Assembly (NCBI GenBank): GCA_037379345.1
Contig: CM074519.1
Coordinates: 36,792,103 to 36,856,102, forward strand
Direction of reading: 5' to 3'
Length of the DNA stretch: 64,000 nt
DNA from: Perna viridis
Taxonomy: Eukaryota
In this document: positions 1 through 12,546 of the stretch, one piece after another
Numbering within the stretch: position 1 is the first letter of the stretch
Layout of the letters: every line of letters starts with the position of its first letter
Position numbers and translations under genes: made by a program
Notes under the pieces: generated by a model
The model's database searches: none
What the model saw: only the letters and a program-made list of their open reading frames with translations
Told to the model about the DNA's origin: nothing

Positions 1-40
1 GTTCCATTTTATCTACTTTATTATTTATTTATCAGCTTAC

Positions 41-1729
41 CAGGGGTCGACACACATCCCTTAGTTGCATCACAAGTCTGGTTTCTTGTACAGTTACATT
101 TATCTCGGCATTTAATACCATATCTTCCTGGTAAACATGAAAAATTGCAATTCTTACCATAATACCCAGGTGGACAAGCTTAAAATATAAGAAAGCATCA
201 AATTATGATATGTATTTTTCGTGCGTTAATAATATAAGTGTTATTTAATAAACCTTGTCAGTTGCCACAGTTTGTCTCGCGATACAGCGTGCTGACTCAT
301 ATGTGAAAGGTCGTTGGTTCGATCCACATCAGAGTAATATAAAGGCTTCAAAAGTCTCTGCAGCACAAGTGGAGATAACATTGGCTCGAGCTCGGAGTCA
401 AAATAATGTGACAGGAATTTCATACCTACATGTGGACTATTTCTTCTATGAGTTACATTTAAGCACATTAAAGATTAGGCTCAGAGTGTCAGACAAATAC
501 AAAGCCCGGCTTATCGATTGATAAAATGTTTTCGTCCTTAAATACGTTAAAATATTTACCATAGGATTTTTACACAAAAATGTAAGCAAGCTGTGATTGA
601 TTCGAGAATAGTAGAATCATTCGAGTCACAGGTAGAAAGTATCAGTATGTAACTAAAATGAAATCGATCTTCGTATCAAAAACATCTGAATTGTAACCAT
701 AACTGTTGAAATATCCACATTTATTTCATCGTATCGTAATAAGTTTTTTTCCGAACTGTTACGAGAAATAAAACAAATGAAGAATTCAGTATTTTTGAAA
801 TATAATGAAATAAAAATAAAAGTCATGTTATAAATCGTACCTATACAGGACTTGTTTACTTCATGAAAATCAGCACAGCAATAGAATTTTAGTACGTAAA
901 CTACCGTGCTGAAATAATAATATTTGAAATTATTACATGTAAACAGCTAAGATTATTGGAAGCATATTTCATCTTTTTTTTTGTCAAATGCTTTGCATTG
1001 ACAAGGCGCGACTTTTTGTACCAAGTCATTAACTTTTTCTAACATGGTAGATTTAATTTATATTTTATATTTTTGTACTAGGATAATACCTTTGTATGAT
1101 GGAATAAACTCATGCGATCATGTAGTTGCATGAACATTGTTTATTCCAATAACTGCATACGATTGTCGATATCGAGCATCATATGAGTTTAGAATTTTAA
1201 CAATTACCAGAGTGGTTTCAGGCTAAAAGTTTCATGGTATGATACCTAGCAAATTTGTTAGTCAGAAGAATCGTTAGTACTAAGAATTAAGTTCAAGGTT
1301 AAAATTTTCCTCTAAATTTAAAACTTTAGCGTTCGTTCTTTAAATGTCGAAAATTAAAACATATGCTTTAATTTAAGTATTTTCGGCGTGCATAACGCGT
1401 TTGTCAATTTCATTAGTTTAATAAAACAAATGGGAAAATATCAATCTTCTTATGGAGTTAATTCTTTAATCAATTTAGGAGAAATGAAAAAAAAATGGCA
1501 TTATGCACTTAGGTTATACACTGAACAAATACAAATGGCATTTGATCTAAAACGTACGATTCAACAATAATCTTCATTGTGTTAGTAATAAATTGTCTTA
1601 CCCATTCTGTAGAGTTAGTTTTTCTTTTTTCGGGCATGCATTACTTGATCTGTTCTGAGAAATAGATGTACACAATGCAATTTTAAAAGAAACGCAAATG
1701 AACATGTAGATATATATCCAATATCTCAT
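41..1729 (-). CDS. EMI/EGF (MEGF10/SCARF/CED-1-like) small receptor, copy A; exons 1602-1729, 841-908, 41-178; continues off the left edge
   Basis: GT-AG exons with compatible phases (2,1,1). Translation: signal peptide MRYWIYIYMFICVSFKIALCTS..., then CCADFHEVNKSCI, then ACPPGYYGKNCNFSCLPGRYGIKCRDKCNCTRNQTCDATKGC (laminin-type EGF repeats). Confidence 0.85.
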
Positions 1730-3103
1730 TTTCCGTCATATTTCGTGCTACATAGACATTTGTGTAGTAATGTTTCCGCATCACATACATGTAGTATTTG
1801 GGTACTTGTTAAGGTCGAAAGTAATTTCGAATTGATTTCTCTTATATAGTTTAGACAGGATGTGACGATGCTTAATAATCAGGGAAATACTTTGATAAAA
1901 AGCATGAAAGGATGAAAGAAATATTTGACAAAAATGTACAATTATGTGAATGTCTGAAAGGTACCTTATACACTGTATATGAGCGCATTATTATGAAACT
2001 TAAAGTACACATTTTCACTGTCACCATATAAAGTCCTATCTCCTGCTGTATACTCGCTTAGACGCTATTTATCAGTTTTCGACTCTCCCACAAACAGCAA
2101 TAAGCACACGCATCCCTTACTGCAAATAATAATAATAATAATAATAAAAAACATGCGCGTTGGAAAGAGCTTCGAGGATTTGTAATGATTATTGCTTTTG
2201 CCATGTGAAAATTTTAGCAGTCTTTTTTTTTTTAAGAAATCATTAGAATTAGAGCCCGAAGAACTAATTTACAGATGTCGTGGCCTGAGACGTATTGTGA
2301 TATTTTTTTCTTTTTAAGAGATAATACATGAGTGAGGTAACTTAAAGAGTAGTTAGGGTTGCATTTATTCAATTGGTTTCATACAGTAAAGTTCAAATAA
2401 ATATTTGCTAGAGTCGCTTTATACCGTAAAATGCGAAGAATACAAAAACGAAAAAGGAGAAAAGGCCTATATTTATATAAATCCACAAGCCGTAACGTTC
2501 TGTCTCATATTATTTTTACTGAACTATACGTTGTCATGATATTGGAAAAAAATACTTTGTACATGTTCTAGATTTCATCCAGTACGGACTTATTACATGT
2601 ATACGACACATTTAGCATAAACTATTTCCTCTGTGTGTGTGTTTTTTTTTTAATGACGCATTGATTTCCGGTTACGCGGATGTTTGTGAGAACATTTTAC
2701 ATCAAATTATAGTTAGTGATCTGCCCTCAATGACATTTTTTTGTTGTTTTGTTTTGTTTTGTTTTGTTTTTTATTTTTAGGTCCTAAAGTTTATGAATGT
2801 CAATTGCTGGTGGTGTAATGTTTTTTTTTTCTTTATTTTCCCTATTTTTGAATTAATCTTTGCAAAACAATTACATTGAGTGAACACTTTCTATTTCTGC
2901 CCCATGCCTAGAAACTACACCTAAAAGGCTTCAATTCATCTACTGTTGATGAAGATACATGTACTGTATGGTCCATTTAGCTATTGGTGTGACAATTTGG
3001 GAAATTCCATGTGTAAAAATGTATTTATCGATGCCCTTATGCATGAAAACAAATTCTTGAAGCAAAATACACTGAGTAATTTTCCATTGTTGTTACACTC
3101 TTT

Positions 3104-3512
3104 AAGGCGTTTAGGTTTCCCCCACGCACAATACCCAAACGCACGATAAACAAACGCTTCTATCGTGCGTTTAAACAAGCGCTCCTCTCGTACGTTTAAA
3201 CGCACGATAAACGAGCGCTCCCAGCGTGCGTTTAAACGCACGATAAACGAACGCTCATATCGTGAGATATCGTGTAAAAATAATAATATTGACATATAAT
3301 GAAGACAGAAAAAATAGAAAATAAAATTAATGAAATCATATGAATGATAGCAAAAAATATAGAAATAACAGCTAAATCAAGGAAATAATAGAAGTACAAA
3401 AATAAACGAACGCTTCTATCGTGCGTTTATCGTGCTTTTAAACGAACGCAAAACGATGTGAAAACGCACGATAAATGATGCACGGTCGCTAAAATGGGAA
3501 ACGTGAACGTGT
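3104..3512. mobile_element. Palindrome-rich MITE/foldback-like element (second copy ~10708-11115)
   Basis: Array of alternately oriented AAACGCACGATAAACG / ATCGTGCGTTT units. Imperfect terminal inverted match cgtttaggtttccc / gggaaacgtgaacg. Confidence 0.5.
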
Positions 3513-3819
3513 CCAGGAGTGTAGGCCCCGCTTAATCTTGTTGAATAATTGTACATGGACATGTTCCTTCCAACTTTGACATAAAAATACCCCATCACCG
3601 CAGGGTATCATGATAAGATGTGTCACCAACAATGTTTTACAAACCGTCGTAAAATTAGGCCCTTTCCTCTCCCGCGGCATTACAACCAACGGTAGTACGC
3701 TTAGCGAAGGAGAAGGGGTACCATGCTGCTAGTGTCCCCTCACTGACAGGTTTCCGCTCAAGTACAAACAAAATGTACGAACTTTGTTGTGAGAGTCATC
3801 TGGTCTCACTGAATAGAGT

Positions 3820-3975
3820 GTCTAATGTCTTGATACTAGTACCCTTAACTCAGTTTCAGGCCATCTTATTTTACGAACTCCAATGAACTTGATTTTGTAC
3901 TGCTTGATTTTCCTTACTAGTTTAGCGAATTTCTGAGTTTGGTAAAGGGTCTGCATGTTCAAGCAGCTCATTTGT
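3820..3975 (-). pseudogene. Degenerate RTE-type LINE endonuclease N-terminal fragment (copy ~11425-11578)
   Basis: CLNMQTLYQTQKFAKLVRKIKQYKIKFIGVRKIRW resembles the APE start consensus WNVRTLxxxGKxxxLxxEMxxYxIxxLGxSExRW. Confidence 0.6.
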
Positions 3976-4235
3976 CGAAGTATCTCTTCTTTCGAGGTGA
4001 AAACAAAATACCCATCATTCTTCCATCGTATTGTGTGGTATCTATCTTTCTTCAATCATGTATATTCAATAGCTGGAACTCATTTTTAAAGTGAACAAAT
4101 GATACTGAACCAACAAACAACCAGGCATATAAAACAAGGATTGAGGTAGTACACATGTATCAACAAATATCGTATCAATTTGAGAACACAGCTAACATAG
4201 TTATTACGCAAATACATGTGTGTCTACTTCATCGT

Positions 4236-4327
4236 ATTCGGTTAATATCTTTACAAATTATGAATATTCGGTTAATATCTTTACAAATTATAAATATTCG
4301 GTTAATATCTTTACAAATTATGAATAT
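4236..4327 (+). repeat. 3x 30-bp minisatellite (copy ~11839-11930)
   Basis: attcggttaatatctttacaaattatgaat repeated three times. Confidence 0.9.
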
Positions 4328-4942
4328 ATGAGCTATAAATCGCCAATTTATTTTGCCGTTGATTCAAACATCTTACACGAAAAATGACAAGTTGAAGGTG
4401 CAGGTCTTATTTGGTAGGTGGGGCAGAAAATATGATAAAGTCATGTCATTTGCGGAACTATTTCAATTAGTTCTTTTAAGTTAAATTACACGTTAGTATT
4501 GCATTGTCATAGACATAAGCTAATTTTTCTATCTCTGTAATATTATACTTCGACTACATCCGTAATTAGCACACTACAACCATTTCATCTACAAGTTTTT
4601 TTAATACATAGATAGACACCTTTAAGATATCCACATAAAAAATAAATAATTTCAACATACTTACAAAAAACCAACTTTATGAAGTGTCAAAATTTAACGC
4701 TTTTTCTGACATTTATGAGTATCTTATATTATGTACATACATTCATACATACACGTTTAACAGTGAAAGTTTTGATTTTTGTATACTTTTTACTTTATCT
4801 GTTCATGTTAAAATAATATCCTGATAACTTCGAAACTATCCATTTTCTCATTGAAATGATAATTGTACAATAACGTTTCAGAAAAGTTAATCATTTGAAT
4901 TGTTCACAATTTTACAATATGGCACATGAAGAATCAATAGTA

Positions 4943-5443
4943 TTAACTATCACCGTTTTTAACTCCACTAGAAGCATCCAAATAACTATATCTTTGTGTT
5001 GCTGTGTTTTTGTCTTGATGTTGTTTCTGTTCAGTTTTTGAATGACGACCGAACTTATACTTATTTTTATTTTGCTGTTCTACCGTGAATTGTTCTTGTG
5101 GAATAGTTTGAGATAGAGGTCTGTCATGGCTACTATTCCAATCATTGTGATAGTTTGTCTTATCGGGCAACTCTCTGTGAGCTTCATGATTAGGTTTTTG
5201 TGACTCGTTGTTTGAGTAATTATTCATCGAATGCGATGCCAATGATTGGTATTTATTCCTCCCATGTGTTTTAATCTGTAAATCGTTTTGTAATTGGTCA
5301 TAACCATTGTTTGGAGATTGTGGACCTAGAGGAAGATATTTATCCGTTTCGTGTCCGTTCGTCTGTTTTAATTGATCATATTGTTCTCGACGTTCTTTTT
5401 CACCAAGATATTCATAATATCTGTCTTCTATTTCATCGTAGAC
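4943..5443 (-). pseudogene. 5'-truncated duplicate of the MS4A-like terminal (Tyr-rich) exon
   Basis: Matches 12547-13050 but lacks the splice acceptor and the first ~60 nt. Several Tyr motifs are altered (YLSL to YLPL/YQSL, YREL to HREL). Confidence 0.85.
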
Positions 5444-6800
5444 GTTTGGTCAAGTCAATTAACTGGCTATTTAAATCTCACCACTTACTACAACGCAGGT
5501 AGGTCGTCCTGCCACAAATGAATGAATCAAAATTGATCTTCATAATCATTTTGTATTACATCATTTTAAACTCGGTGAACTGGTGAATGCCAAATATTAT
5601 GTATAAAGTCATTTATTTTCTTTACAAAATCATAATTGGAATTTGGTAATGACACAAGAAATCAAAATTTATACCCAATTGTTTAAATGCTGTAGCAACC
5701 CGTGAAAGATTTTGTTCAGAACACAGAATCTTAGTACTATTTTATTGACTATCAATGCAAATAACTTGTGTCTTAGAGCAGCTAATTATTAGGCGAGATA
5801 CGTAACAAAACATATGTGTAATATGATAAAGACTAATATATAGAAATACAGTTTAATAAAAATGTGCATCAGCGTTAAGTTGACAATTCAAAACCAATCT
5901 AAATCTCTGATAGGTTCCCTCAGTGACTCATCTGATCCATTCATAAGTAGTGTTGTATCGTCAGCAAATTGAGAAAGTGTATGTTCTACTTGAGTGATTA
6001 CTAATATTTTATCATTTTCTCGAGTCTTCTAGCTCTATAGATTCGAGAAAATGGTCAGAAAAGCAGATAAAATAAAAAGGTGAGGTGAGAAAGGATCTCC
6101 CTGCCTACATCCTCTTTCAATGTTGAAAAAAGATGAAATTAACCGTCTTGAAAAATTGATATTTCTAGCCAGTTATTTGTGGAAGTATAGTTACTTTTAA
6201 AATTAATCAAAAATCCTATTTTTGAAGGATTCGCTAAGGAGTGGTATTCTTTCTGTTTACGATATTGTTGATGAAAGGCCTTTTATAAAATTTATGAACA
6301 TTTGTGTGATAGATATAATACAAACATAAATGTTTTGGAGTATAATGGTATCGTATCCATGTTATGTAAAATAAAAAAAAAAAGTTTCATCTCAGGATTT
6401 TAAGTGATCTCTACCATTATATCTATTATACAAACTATTTTGAAAGTCATAGATTGTAACATGATATGTTTGAGGTGTGTGTTAAAAAATGATACTGTAT
6501 TCCTACTGGAAATGTCAAGTACGAAATTTTATTAAATTTAAACAACCATATAGACTGTGAAAAGGTCAGTAAAATGTCTTTTATTAATACAAAGAATCCC
6601 AAGTTACAGTGGTTACAATACATGATTTTAACCACGAACAAGTTTTTATATGGGATTAATAAGGTCTCCAACTCTTTTTGTGTTTTTCGTAAAAATGAAA
6701 ATGAAATGATAGATTATTTATTATGGGTATTTGAAAATTGTACAGAACAATGTTTTACTATGGATCAAACATCAAACTCATGTAGAATTTGTTGATTTAG
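5444..6800. mobile_element. Decayed L1/Tx1-type LINE ORF2 fragment with internal inversion
   Basis: Minus strand ~6150-5450 encodes FFNIERGCRQGDP, SQFADDTT, QLGINF and IQNDYED..INFDSFICG. Plus strand ~6160-6800 encodes a KNP(F/W)KD-like segment and the zf-RVT-like KLQWLQYMILTTNKFLY...FC...IDYLLW. Confidence 0.8.
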
Positions 6801-6848
6801 ATAATACGTGAAACATATTTATTCATTGAATATCTCCATCCGTGCGTA

Positions 6849-9333
6849 TTAAATTTCCACCACGTTCGCATTTAGTACCTCGGCATAGCCTGGATCGTAC
6901 GCCACGCTGACAGAACGATTAGTTCTGATAGAGGATGCCCGAATCTGACTGTTTCTGTATCGTTTTAACTTTTCTGTCATCATCTGTTTAAGATGGAGGA
7001 AGAGAGTTGAGATGAAAACGAGGGCTATGAGAACTGCAGCTATTCCGATATATGCATGTATAAGATGAATGTTACTGTCGTCTATAATAGTACGAACAAA
7101 GGTATATCAAAACCATGTTTATTCGACTTAAATATAAGACAGAACAAAAATAATCTTTCTTGAATGTGTTCATTATAACAGATACAAGTTTCTGGCTTAA
7201 TTGTGATGCTATATCCCATTCTATTAACACTGATTGAGGACAGTGAGATCTCATAGGAGCCACTTGAAACGGATACACCAGTTCTGTTGTCACATGTCAA
7301 TTCCTCTGTAGAACAATCTACGTAAAAAGTACACAAAAGATACTAAATTTGGTTCAAGAGCTAATGGATATACAATATCGCATAAAATCTCATGATATTT
7401 CTTTTTCTTTAATTATTTAAAATATATGTACTTATGTAATTAACTCATCAAGCATTTTGGAAGTTCATGTTTTTCACATCAACGCGTGAATGAAAACTAC
7501 TCTGATTGATTTTTGTCAGCGCTGGCCTTTCCAAAGTCGTATGTATCAGCTATAGACGTGAAACTTTATTTAATACATTAGATATCGTTCCATTTTATCT
7601 ACTTTAATTATTTATTTATCAGCTTACCAGGGGTCGACACACATCCCTTAGTTGCATCACAAATCTGGTTTCTTGTACAGTTACATTTATCTCGGCATTT
7701 AATACCATATCTTCCTGGTAAACATGAAAAATTGCAATTCTTACCATAATACCCAGGTGGACAAGCTTAAAATATAAGAAAGCATCAAATTATGATATGT
7801 ATTTTTCGTGCGTTAATAATATAAGTGTTATTTAATAAACCTTGTCAGTTGCCACAGTTTGTCTCGCGATACAGCGTGCTGACTCATATATGAAAGGTCG
7901 TTGGTTCGATCCACATCAGAGTAATATAAAGACTTCAAATGTCTCTGCAGCACAAGCGGAGATAACATTGGCTCGAGCTCGGAGTCAAAATAATGTGAGA
8001 GGGATGTCATACCTACATGTGGACTATTTCTTCTATGAGTTACATTTAAGCACATTAAAGATTAGGCTCAGAGTGTCAGACAAATACAAAGCCCGGCTTA
8101 TCGATTGATAAAATGTTTTCGTCCTTAAATACGTTAAAATATTTACCATAGGATTTTTACACAAAAATGTAAGCAAGCTGTGATTGATTCGAGAATAGTA
8201 GAATCATTCGAGTCACAGGTAGAAAGTATCAGTATGTAACTAAAATGAAATCGATCTTCGTATCAAAAACATCTGAATTGTAACCATAACTGTTGAAATA
8301 TCCATATTTATTTCATCGTATCGTAATAAGTTTTTTTCCGTTCTGTTACGAGAAATAAAACAAATGAAGAATTCAGTATTTTTGAAATATAATGAAATAA
8401 AAATAAAAGTCATGTTATAAATCGTACCTATACAGGACTTGTTTACTTCATGAAAATCAGCACAGCAATAGAATTTTAGTACGTGAACTACCGCGCTGCA
8501 ATAATAATATTTGCAATTATTACATGTAAACAGCGAAGATTATTGAAAGCATATTTCATCTCCTTTTTGTCAAATGCTTTGCATTGACAAGGCGCGACTT
8601 TTTGTACCAAGTCATTAACTTTTTCTAACATGGTAGATTTAATTTATATTTTATATTTTTATACTAGGATAATACATGTGTATGATGGAATAAACTCATG
8701 CGATCATGTAGTTGCATGAACATTGTTTATTCCAATAACTGCATACGATTGTCGATATCGAGCATCATATGAGTTTAGAATTTTAACAATTACCAGAGTG
8801 GTTTTAGGCTAAAAGTTTCATGGTATGATGCCTAGCATCTTTGACACCCTATTCTTTACATGACATAGTCAGCAAATTTGTTAGTCAGAAGAATCGTTAG
8901 TACTAAGAATTAAGTTCAAGGTTAAAATTTTCCTCTAAATTTAAAACTTTAGCGTTCGTTCTTTAAATGTCGAAAATTAGAACATATGCTTTAATTTAAG
9001 TATTTTCGGCGTGCATAACGAGTTCGTCAATTTCATTAGTTTAATAAAACAAATGGGAAAATATCAATCTTCTTATGGAGTTTATTCTTCAATCAATTTA
9101 GGAGAAATGCACTTAGGTTATACACTGAACAAATACAAATGGCATTTGATCTAAAACGTACGATTCAACAATAATCTTCATTGTGTTAGTAATAAATTGC
9201 CTTACCCATTCTGTAGAGTTAGTTTTTCTTTTCTCGGGCATGCATTACTTGATCTGTTCTGAGAAATAGATGTACACAATGCAATTTTAAAAGAAACGCA
9301 AATGAACATGTAGATATATATCCAATATCTCAT
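6849..9333 (-). CDS. EMI/EGF (MEGF10/SCARF-like) single-pass receptor, copy B, ~201 aa; exons 9206-9333, 8428-8495, 7628-7765, 7279-7317, 6849-7081
   Basis: Phase-consistent exons total 606 nt: signal peptide, CCxxF motif, EGF repeats, linker DCSTEELTCDNRT, TM AYIGIAAVLIALVFISTLFLHL, and a tail with YDPG/YAEV. An AATAAA lies ~30 nt past the stop. The exon-4 donor (GTGTAT) is less certain. Confidence 0.8.
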
Positions 9334-12300
9334 TTTCCGTCATATTTCGTGCTACATAGATAATTGTGTAGTAATGTTTCCGCATCACACACATGTAGTA
9401 TTGGGTACTTGTTAAGGTCGAAAGTCATTTCGATTTGATTTCTCTTATATAGTTTAGACAGGATGTGACGATGCTTAATAATCAGGGAAATACTTTGATA
9501 AAAAGCATGAAAGGATGAAAGAAATATTTGACAAAAATGTACAATTATGTGAATGTCTGAAAGGTACCTTGTACACTGTATATGAGCGCATTATTATGAA
9601 ACTTAAAGTACACATTTTCACTGTCACCATATAAAATCCTATCTCCTGCTGTATACTCGCTTAGACGCTATTTATCAGTTTTCGACTCTCCCACAAACAG
9701 CAATAAGCACACGCACCCCTTACTGCAAATAATAATAATAATAATAAAAATAAACATGCGCGTTGGAAAGAGCTTCGAGGATTTGTTATGATTATTGCTT
9801 TTGCCATGTGAAAATTTTAGCAGTCTTTTTTTTTAAGAAATCATTAGAATTAGAGCCGGAAGAACTAATTTACAGATGTCGTGGCCTGAGACGTATTGTG
9901 ATATTTTTTTTCTTTTTAAAAGATAATACATGAGTGAGGTAACTTAAAGAGTAGTTAGGGTTGCATTTATTCAATTGGTTTCATACAGTAAAGTTCAAAT
10001 AAATATTTACTAGAGTCGCTTTATACCGTAAAATGCGAAGAATACAAAAACGAAAAAGGAGAAAAGGCCTATATCCTATATTTATATAAATCCACAAGCC
10101 GTAACGTTCTGTCTCATATTATTTTTTCTGAACTATACGATGTCATGATATTGGAAAAGAAACACTTTGCACATGTTCTAGATTTCATCCAGTACGGACT
10201 TATTACATGTATACGACACATTTAGCATAAACTATTCTTCTGTGTGTGTATGGTTTTTTTTTAATGACGGATTGATTTCCGGTTACGCGGATGTTTGTGC
10301 GAACATTTTACATCAAATTATAGTTAGTGATCTGCCCTCAATGACATTTTTTTGTTGTTGTTGTTGTTTTGTTTTGTTTTTTATTTTTAGGTCCTAAAGT
10401 TTATGAATGTCAATTGCTGGTGGTGTAATGTTTTTCTTTTCTTTATTTTCCCTATTTTTGAATTAATCTTTGCAAAACAATTACATTGAGTGAACACTTT
10501 CTATTTCTGCCCCATGCCTAGAAACTACACCTAAAAGGCTTCAATCCATCTACTGTTGATGAAGATACTGTATGGTCAATTTAGCTATTGGTGTGACAAT
10601 TTGGGAAATTCCATGTGTAAACATGTATTTATCGATGCGCTTATGCATGAAAACAAATTCTTGAAGCAAAATACACTGACTAATTTTGTATTGTTGTTAC
10701 ACTCTTTAAGGCGTTTAGGTTTCCCGCACGCACAATACCCAAACGCACGATAAACAAACGCTTCTATCGTGCGTTTAAAAAGCGCTCCTCTCGTACGTTT
10801 AAACGCACGGTAAACGAGCGCTCCCAGCGTGCGTTTAAACGCACGATAAACGAACGCTCATATCGTGAGATATCGTGTAAAAACAATAATATTGACATAT
10901 AATGAAGACAGAAAAAATAGAAAATAAAATTAATGAAATCATATGAATGATAGCAAAAAATATAGAAATAACAGCTAAATCAAGGAAATAACAGAAGTAC
11001 AAAAATAAACGAATGCTTCTATCGTGCGTTTGTCGTGCTTTTAAACGAACGGAAAACGATGTGTAAACGCACGATAAACGATGCACGAACGCTAAAATGG
11101 GAAACGTGAACGTGTCCAGGGGTGTAGACCCCGCTTAATCTTGTTAAATAATCGTACATGTACATGTTCCTTCCAACTTTGACATAAAAATACCCCATCA
11201 TCGCAGGGTATCATGATAAGATGTGTCACCAACAATGTTTTACAAACCGTCGTAAAATTAGGCCCTTTCCTCTCCCGCGGCATTACAACCAACGGTAGTA
11301 CGCTTAGCGAAGGAGAAGGGGTACCATGCTGCTAGTGTCCCCTCACTGACAGGTTTCCGCCCAAGTACAAACAAAATGTACGAACTTTGTTGTGAGGGTC
11401 ATCTGGTCTCAGTGAATAGAGTGTCTAATGTCTTGATACTAGTACCCTTAACTCAGTTTCAGGTCATTTTATTTTACGAACTCCAATGAACTTGATTTTG
11501 TACTGCTTGATTTTTCTTACTAGTTTAGCGAATTTCTGAGTTTGGTAAAGGGTCTGCATGTTCAAGCAGCCCATTTGTCGAAGTATCTCTTCTTTCGAGG
11601 TGAAAACAAAATACCCATCATTCTTCCATCGTATTGTGTGGTATCTATCTTTCTTCAATCATGTATATTCAATAGCTGGAACTAATTTTTAAAGTGGACA
11701 AATGATACTGAACCAACAAACAACCAGGCATATAAAACAAGGATTGAGGTAATACACATGTATCAACAAATATCGTATCAATTTGAGAACACAGCTAACA
11801 TAGTTATTACGCAAATACATGTGTGTCTACTCCATCGCATTCGGTTAATATCTTTACAAATTATGAATATTCGGTTAATATCTTTACAAATTATGAATAT
11901 TCGGTTAATATCTATACAAATTATGAATATATGAGCTATAAATCGCCAATTTATTTTGCCGTTGATTCAAAGATCTTACACGAAAAATGACAAGTTGAAG
12001 GTGCAGGTCTTATTTGGTAGGTGGGGGCAGAAAATATGATAAAGTCATGTCATTTGCGGAACTATTTCAATTAGTTCTTTTAAGTTAAATTACACGTTAG
12101 TATTGCATTGTCATAGACATAAGCTAATTTTTCTATCTTGGTAATATTATACTTCGACTACATCCGTAATTAGCACACTACAACCATTTCATCTGCAAGT
12201 TTTTTTAATACATAGATAGACACCTTTAAGATATCCACATAAAAAATAAATAATTTCAACATACTTACAAACAACCAACTTTATGAAGTGTCAAAATTTA

Positions 12301-12546
12301 ACGCTTTTTCTGACATTTATGAGTATCTTCTATTATGTACATACATTCATACATACACGTTTAACAGTGAAAGTTTTGATTTTTGTATAATTTTTACTTT
12401 ATCTGTTCATGTTAAAATAATATCCTGATAACTTCGAAACTATCCATTTTCTCATTGAAATGATAATTGTACAATAACGTTTCAGAAAAGTTAATCATTT
12501 GAATTGTACACAATTTTACAATATGGCACATGAAGAATCAATAGTA

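Noticed and set aside
241-521. Short ORFs 241-468 and 255-521 (and their duplicates)
   Set aside because: They lie within an intron of the EGF receptor gene, show no domain signal, and recur only because of the duplication.
3130-3480. CRISPR-like repeat array
   Set aside because: Eukaryotic context, no unique spacers, and alternating orientation; better explained as a palindromic MITE.
6819-6851. Read-through or splicing of receptor copy B into the Tyr-rich exon as a single gene
   Set aside because: The Tyr-rich exon joins in phase to the MS4A exon 13966-14033. The copy at 4943-5443 has no acceptor, and copy B has its own stop and AATAAA.
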